From a virus (taxonomy: Duplodnaviria > Caudoviricetes), in IMG/VR virus record IMGVR_UViG_3300044274_000065, positions 1 through 38,472 of that record: a stretch of DNA of 38,472 nt. The stretch is one strand, 5' to 3'. The position numbers and the translations under genes are program-made. Position 1 is the first letter of the stretch. Each line of letters begins with the position of its first letter. Positions 34,003-38,472 of this stretch are shown piece after piece. Below the pieces are notes generated by a model. It searched no databases and was not told the DNA's origin. It worked only from the letters and a program-made list of their open reading frames with translations.

Positions 34003-34291
34003 AACCGAGCAGCTGGAGTACTGGGCCGACGTGTTCTGCATGCACGGGATCGGCAAGTACATGACGCTCCCGGCGTTCCTGCAGCACCCGGAGAAGTACT
34101 TCCAGGAGATCACCGGCGGCGATTACCGGCCACTGCTTCCGCGCCAGAAGGCGGCGGTCGCCCGGATCCACCGGCGCTTCGACGATCTGGACGCGGCGAT
34201 CGATGAAGTGGAGGCGAAGGTCGAGCACTTGCGTCGCATCGAGAACGGGCACTGCTACGAGCAGCTCAAGCACCACGCTAACGGGAGATGA
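33992..34291 (+). CDS. Hypothetical early protein
   Basis: FL..P...PLLPRQ motif; coupled to neighbours. Confidence 0.72.
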   Translation: MAIETEQLEYWADVFCMHGIGKYMTLPAFLQHPEKYFQEITGGDYRPLLPRQKAAVARIHRRFDDLDAAIDEVEAKVEHLRRIENGHCYEQLKHHANGR

Positions 34292-34971
34292 CCGTGGATA
34301 GAGACGACGCGATCCGAAGGATCAAGAAATGCCTGGCGCTGGCCAAAAGCCAGAACGCCAACGAAGCGGCTACGGCGCTCCGCCAGGCACACAAGCTTAT
34401 GGAGGAGTGGAACGTCGAGCAGGGCTTTATCGACTGCATGGACGTAACCAAGGAGTCCCTGGACAGCGGTGCTCGACGGTACCCACCCATTTGGAAGTGC
34501 AGGCTGGCCCGAGTCGTGGCGGACGCCTTCGATTGCGAGGTGATCGTCCAAAGGACCGTGTTTTCCACCGATTTCGCATTCATCGGTGCGTCACTGTCAC
34601 CGAAGCTTGCGACCTACGCCTATGACGTGCTCGAGCGTCAGCTCACCCGCGCCAGGTCGGCCCATGTGGCCGGCCTGAAGCGGTGCAAGCTCGCGACGAA
34701 ACGCCGGCGCGGTGACGCCTTCGCCAACGCCTGGATATCCGCCGTGAGTGAAAAGGTCAGCGCGTTCGCCGGTGCCGACGAAGTCACGGCGCAGGCTGTT
34801 CAGGCCTACATGGATTGCTACCACCCGAACCTGGAGCGCCGGGAGCAGCGAGCGAAGAAGTATCACGCCAGGGACGAAAAGTCCCTGAGCGCGGGGTATC
34901 GGGAAGGCCGCAAGGCCGAACTCAACCACGGCGTGGCCGGCGGCGATCGCCCGGCCCGCCTCACCCATTAG
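34288..34971 (+). CDS. DUF2786-domain protein
   Basis: IRRIKKCLALAKSQNANEAATALRQAHKLM. Confidence 0.85.
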   Translation: MTVDRDDAIRRIKKCLALAKSQNANEAATALRQAHKLMEEWNVEQGFIDCMDVTKESLDSGARRYPPIWKCRLARVVADAFDCEVIVQRTVFSTDFAFIGASLSPKLATYAYDVLERQLTRARSAHVAGLKRCKLATKRRRGDAFANAWISAVSEKVSAFAGADEVTAQAVQAYMDCYHPNLERREQRAKKYHARDEKSLSAGYREGRKAELNHGVAGGDRPARLTH

Positions 34972-34981
34972 GGAGACCACC

Positions 34982-35602
34982 ATGGATCTTGATCAAGACA
35001 TTCCGGACGGCTACATGCGCAACGCCGCCGGCCACCTGGTTCCGGAGGAACAGGTTCGCGAGCACGACAAGCTGCGCGACCAGACCGCCCGGGATCTGGC
35101 GTACGAGGCAATCCGCCTGCATGAAGCGCTCAAGGCGTTCAAGCGGCGCGCACTCGACGATATCGCCGACGTGGTGCGCATCAGCGCGGAGCGCTACGAC
35201 GTGAAGCTGGGCGGCCGGAAAGGCAACGTCAGCATCGCCACCTACGACGGCGACCTGAAGGTCGTGCGGTCCTACGCCGAGCGGATCACCTTCACCGAGG
35301 AGCTGGAAGCGGCGAAAGAGCTGATCAACCAGTGCATCCGCGAGTGGAGCGAGGGCGGTAACAGCAACATGAAGGTCCTGGTGGACCGCGCTTTCCGGAC
35401 CAACACGCAGGGCCAGCTGAAAACGAGCGCGATCCTGGATTTGCTTCGCTCCGATATTGATGACCCGGCCTGGTTGCGCGCCATGGAGGCGCTGAAGGAC
35501 AGCATCCAGGCGGTCGGCACCTGCGTTTATGTCCGGTTCTACCGCCGAGTCGGCCGCAGCGATAAGTACGAAGCCATCCCGCTGGATCTGGCGGCGGTTT
35601 AA
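34982..35602 (+). CDS. DUF3164-family protein
   Basis: PDGYMRNAAGHLVP, GGRKGNV, AKELI..C..EW, YVRFYRR...IPLDLA. Confidence 0.9.
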   Translation: MDLDQDIPDGYMRNAAGHLVPEEQVREHDKLRDQTARDLAYEAIRLHEALKAFKRRALDDIADVVRISAERYDVKLGGRKGNVSIATYDGDLKVVRSYAERITFTEELEAAKELINQCIREWSEGGNSNMKVLVDRAFRTNTQGQLKTSAILDLLRSDIDDPAWLRAMEALKDSIQAVGTCVYVRFYRRVGRSDKYEAIPLDLAAV

Positions 35603-35620
35603 CCAGAGGGGCATGAGCGT

Positions 35621-35863
35621 ATGCAGCCGAACCTGCACGAACTAGCCAACCGGAACCGTGCTCGCGCGCCGTCGTTTCCCCACCAGGTGGGGAAATTGGT
35701 GGTGGCGATCGAGCGCGGCGACACCCGCGCCCGCGACGAAACCCTGCAGAGCATTCGGGAGACGCTCCAGGGCGCGATCACCATCGGTGCCGGCGACGAG
35801 GCCGTAGCCGCCATGCAGCGGACGCTGGGCCGCATGACACAGTTGATCAAGGGGGAGCAATGA
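35621..35863 (+). CDS. Hypothetical early protein
   Basis: SD and ATGA coupling to the next gene. Confidence 0.68.
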   Translation: MQPNLHELANRNRARAPSFPHQVGKLVVAIERGDTRARDETLQSIRETLQGAITIGAGDEAVAAMQRTLGRMTQLIKGEQ

Positions 35864-36594
35864 CACAAGGAACGAAACGACTCACCGAGGAACTGCACCG
35901 CCTGGAAGGGCTGAAGCTGCGGGAGATCCTCGACGAGATGGCGAAGACAGGCTCACCGACCGTGGTGCTGTCCTTCAACGGCACCCAGGAGAAGCCGGTA
36001 GCGGCCGTGGCGCTGATCACTGGACCGGACACCGCTGACCGAATTCAGGCCCTGGAAAAGCCCAACCAGGTCGCGGTGCCGGAGGGGTGGAGGCTTTCAC
36101 GAATAGCCTTAGACCAGGTGGAAATCATCACGCCTGCCGGCGAAAAACACTGGGTCGAATCTAACTCTGATGACCATTTAGAGCTGGTCCTTTATGCCCT
36201 CATTGACGCGATGCTCACCGCCGCCCAGACAGCGCCCGCAGGGAAGCCGAATGAGTGGCCAGACGGGCAAATCGGAGTGCGCTGGCGGGCGATCCGGATA
36301 CTGAAAACACTCCGTGATGGACTCGATGACAGCTTCTCTGATCAAGGGGCTCTGATCACCGAAGCCGACAAAGTCATTAGAGCGCTGAGGTCGGGACCGA
36401 CCGACGGGGAGATGGATGAATTACGCGCAGACGCTGAACGATACCGTTGGCTGAGGAACCCCGACAACTTCGGCCCCGACGAGGGCGAAGGCCCGAGCGG
36501 CTGGGAGCAGCTTTGCGACCTGGCTGGCGACGACTTCGACTCATTCATCGACGAGCGCATGAAGCAGGATCACGGAGCCGCCGAAGATGCTTGA
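35860..36594 (+). CDS. Mosaic accessory protein with Ead/Ea22-type short motifs
   Basis: VPEGW, AMLTAA, DAERYRWLR...D..ID motifs. Confidence 0.7.
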   Translation: MTQGTKRLTEELHRLEGLKLREILDEMAKTGSPTVVLSFNGTQEKPVAAVALITGPDTADRIQALEKPNQVAVPEGWRLSRIALDQVEIITPAGEKHWVESNSDDHLELVLYALIDAMLTAAQTAPAGKPNEWPDGQIGVRWRAIRILKTLRDGLDDSFSDQGALITEADKVIRALRSGPTDGEMDELRADAERYRWLRNPDNFGPDEGEGPSGWEQLCDLAGDDFDSFIDERMKQDHGAAEDA

Positions 36595-36754
36595 TCAGCG
36601 CGCTGTCCTGGAGAACCGAGATCCCGAACTGCGCCAAGTGGTCGCGGACGTGATGTCGCGGGTGATAGAGGGCACGGCCTCGCCGTTCGCCCTCATCCGT
36701 CGCTCGGACCTGGCGCGGCTGAAACAGGCGATTAGCGAGAAGGAAGGGGCGTGA
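36587..36754 (+). CDS. Hypothetical protein (55 aa, absent from ORF track)
   Basis: MLDQRAVLENRDPELRQVVADVMSRVIEGTASPFALIRRSDLARLKQAISEKEGA; fills the gap exactly; GGAG SD. Confidence 0.65.
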   Translation: MLDQRAVLENRDPELRQVVADVMSRVIEGTASPFALIRRSDLARLKQAISEKEGA

Positions 36755-37051
36755 ATGAGCAAACCGTATCGACCCAGCAACGGCACCGAGGGCGGAGGCT
36801 TTTACGCGGCCTGGTGTGCGAAGTGTCAGCACGAACGGTACATGCGGACCAATCCAGACAGGGCGCGGGGCTGTCAGATCCTGGTACGCACCATGGCCTA
36901 CGACGTCGACGATCCGAAATACCCGCAGGAGTGGATCGTCGGGCCCGACGGCCCCGAATGCACCGCGTTTACGCCGGAAACGCCTCGAAAGGCACCGGTG
37001 CGCAAACCATGCCCACTTACAGTCGATATGTTCCAGCAGGAGGATGCGTGA
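36755..37051 (+). CDS. Cys-containing hypothetical phage protein
   Basis: YRPSNGTEG..F...WC..C...C.I...EW...P.CTAF; possible metal binding. Confidence 0.75.
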   Translation: MSKPYRPSNGTEGGGFYAAWCAKCQHERYMRTNPDRARGCQILVRTMAYDVDDPKYPQEWIVGPDGPECTAFTPETPRKAPVRKPCPLTVDMFQQEDA

Positions 37052-37569
37052 AGATCGGTCGCTGCTCAATCTGCCATCACCACCTCGACCTGCAGGCGCT
37101 GGCGCAGGACGAATCCACGCGGGACCTGCTGAGCCTGGTGGCCAAGACACCGCATACCGTCATGGTGCCGCTACTGGCCTATCTCGGCCTGTTCCGGCCA
37201 AAGAAACGCGACCTGGCGAACGACCGGGCCCTACACCTGGCCGAAGAGGCCCTGGAGCTGACCACCGATCAGCACCTGCTGGCTGCCGCCCTCAGAGAGA
37301 CCGTCGAGCAGATCTACAAGAAGCGTCAGGCCGGCGAGAACGGGCAGCCGCTGAAGAACCACAACTACCTGAAGCAGGTAATGACGGGCATCGCGGACAG
37401 GATCGGCCAGGCGGTACCGAAACGCGGGGCCGAGCAAACCACCAGCCAAGAGCAAAAGCAGGTCGAGAAGGCCGATGACGACGCCGCATGGCGCCGGCAG
37501 ATGCGCCGGCTGGGGTACGACCCCGATCGCGCTATGAAGGGCCAGGTGCGGAGGCTGAATGAAGACTGA
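37048..37569 (+). CDS. Conserved early protein of transposable phages (CxxC N-terminus)
   Basis: GTG start with AGGAGG SD; RCSICH, YLGLFRP.KR.L, PLKNHNYLK.V. Confidence 0.8.
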   Translation: MKIGRCSICHHHLDLQALAQDESTRDLLSLVAKTPHTVMVPLLAYLGLFRPKKRDLANDRALHLAEEALELTTDQHLLAAALRETVEQIYKKRQAGENGQPLKNHNYLKQVMTGIADRIGQAVPKRGAEQTTSQEQKQVEKADDDAAWRRQMRRLGYDPDRAMKGQVRRLNED

Positions 37570-38014
37570 CGCGGACCAGAAGCGCCGGGATCTGGCCAAG
37601 ATCCACATCGCCCGCAAGGAGCTGGCCATGGACGAGGACGCCTACCGCCTGATGCTGGAATCGGTGGCAGGCGTCACCTCCTCGGCGAAGCTATCCGCCC
37701 GTGGCAGAGCGAAGGTGCTCCACAGGCTGCGCCAGCTGGGCTGGAAGCCGAAAACCAGCGCCCGCCCTCGGCGCCGCGTGACCGCCCAGGAGCCGCAGGA
37801 CAAAAAAATCAGGGCGCTCTGGCTGGACCTGGCTCAGATGGGGGTTGTTCGCGACCGGTCCGAACAAGCACTGGCGCGGTACGTGAAGCGCCAGACCGGC
37901 GTGGAAGCGCTCGATTGGTTGGACGGCCGCCAGGCCGAGAAGGTCATCGAGGCCCTGAAAGCCTGGCGCAAGCGTTTCACTGATGCACAAGGGGATACCG
38001 ATGAACCAGCGTGA
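37559..38014 (+). CDS. gemA: GemA / Mu gp16 (DUF1018)
   Basis: LAKIHIARKEL.MDEDAYR..L....G..SS..L; KIRALW..L...G; VIEALKAW. Confidence 0.9.
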   Translation: MKTDADQKRRDLAKIHIARKELAMDEDAYRLMLESVAGVTSSAKLSARGRAKVLHRLRQLGWKPKTSARPRRRVTAQEPQDKKIRALWLDLAQMGVVRDRSEQALARYVKRQTGVEALDWLDGRQAEKVIEALKAWRKRFTDAQGDTDEPA

Positions 38015-38351
38015 CTCCAACATGGAAATCCGCCGCAACGAGCTGCTGGAGGAAGTCCAGGCTCACACTCAGCAGATCCTGGTCGAGCACGGCATCGACG
38101 AGGATCTGGCCGAGCAGGCGGGCTGTGCGATCTGCGATCGACTGGCGGACAACTGGGGCGGCCAGGTCATCACTTTCCCGAAGGACCATCGGTTCCGGCT
38201 CTCCAAGCGCGACGTGGAGATCTATGAGGAGTTCAACGGCCGGAACCACAACGAGCTGGCGAAGAAGTACCATGTGACAACCCGGGCCATCTATAAGATC
38301 ATTAGGAGGGTCCGAGATCGCGGGGATCCGAATCAGCCGCGCCTTTTCTGA
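38001..38351 (+). CDS. mor: Mor/C-family transcription activator
   Basis: WGGQVITFPK, RDVEIYEEFNGRNHNELAKKY.VT.R.IYKII; the only Mor/C homolog seen, so probably the late activator. Confidence 0.92.
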   Translation: MNQRDSNMEIRRNELLEEVQAHTQQILVEHGIDEDLAEQAGCAICDRLADNWGGQVITFPKDHRFRLSKRDVEIYEEFNGRNHNELAKKYHVTTRAIYKIIRRVRDRGDPNQPRLF

Positions 38352-38394
38352 GCCTCTTTTTGTTCTATATGGTGCAAAGTCTTTTCACTACCCA

Positions 38395-38429
38395 TCCCGA
38401 ATAGCCCCGTTTCGTCCCGCCTCTTCCCG
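38395..38429. repeat. Four YCCCG pentamers at exact 10-bp spacing
   Basis: TCCCG 38395, CCCCG 38405, TCCCG 38415, TCCCG 38425. Confidence 0.75.
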
Positions 38430-38430
38430 G

Positions 38431-38472
38431 ATTTATCGCGTTACCGTGTAGTATTTACCCCATCACTGAACA
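38431..38472 (-). repeat. Early-side terminus with two transposase-binding-type repeats
   Basis: Reverse complement TGTTCAGTGATG-GGGTAAAT-ACTACACGGTAAC-GCGATAAAT; TAAAT at 16-20 and 38-42 from the terminal T, as at the other end. Confidence 0.87.

Larger units (their letters stand above)
128..38472. mobile_element. Complete Mu-like transposable (pro)phage, non-contractile tail, BcepMu/B3-type early region orientation
   Basis: TG at 128-129 and CA at 38471-38472 with aligned end repeats. Transposase A/B, GemA, Mor, Mu-type portal/F/G/I/T/gp36/gp37 and com are all present. No sheath gene recognised. Confidence 0.95.

Noticed and set aside
1-38472. tRNA, rRNA or CRISPR array
   Set aside because: None recognised by eye; intergenic gaps are short and otherwise accounted for. 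A tRNAscan/Rfam run would be needed to exclude them formally.

Overview
The window holds an apparently complete ~38.3 kb Mu-like transposable (pro)phage (128-38472, TG...CA ends with matching transposase-type end repeats). It is preceded by 127 bp of host DNA that reads as the C-terminal part of an H-NOX (heme NO/O2-binding) gene. The layout is of the BcepMu/B3 type, with a central XRE repressor and a divergent ner-like gene. The early operon (DUF3102, DDE transposase A, ATPase B, DUF2786, DUF3164, GemA, Mor/C activator) runs on + to the right end. The late genes run on - to the left end: holin, SLT endolysin, spanins, terminase, portal, MuF, G, protease/scaffold, capsid, a non-contractile tail, receptor-binding genes, and com plus a Dam-family methylase in place of mom. 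The most interesting elements lie outside the ORF track: four copies of a late-promoter motif (TTTTG-N8-CAAAA plus an aligned -10), two possibly giving leaderless mRNAs; a MuF protein with a C-terminal putative RNase domain followed by a structured, possibly pseudoknotted ~80-nt element instead of an immunity ORF; an unlisted Com zinc finger with a hairpin hiding the methylase SD; 10-bp-phased YCCCG repeats at the early end; an antisense/dual-coding segment in the early operon; and a membrane protein plus lipoprotein pair downstream of the repressor. All family assignments come from motif recognition and synteny by eye; no database searches were run.
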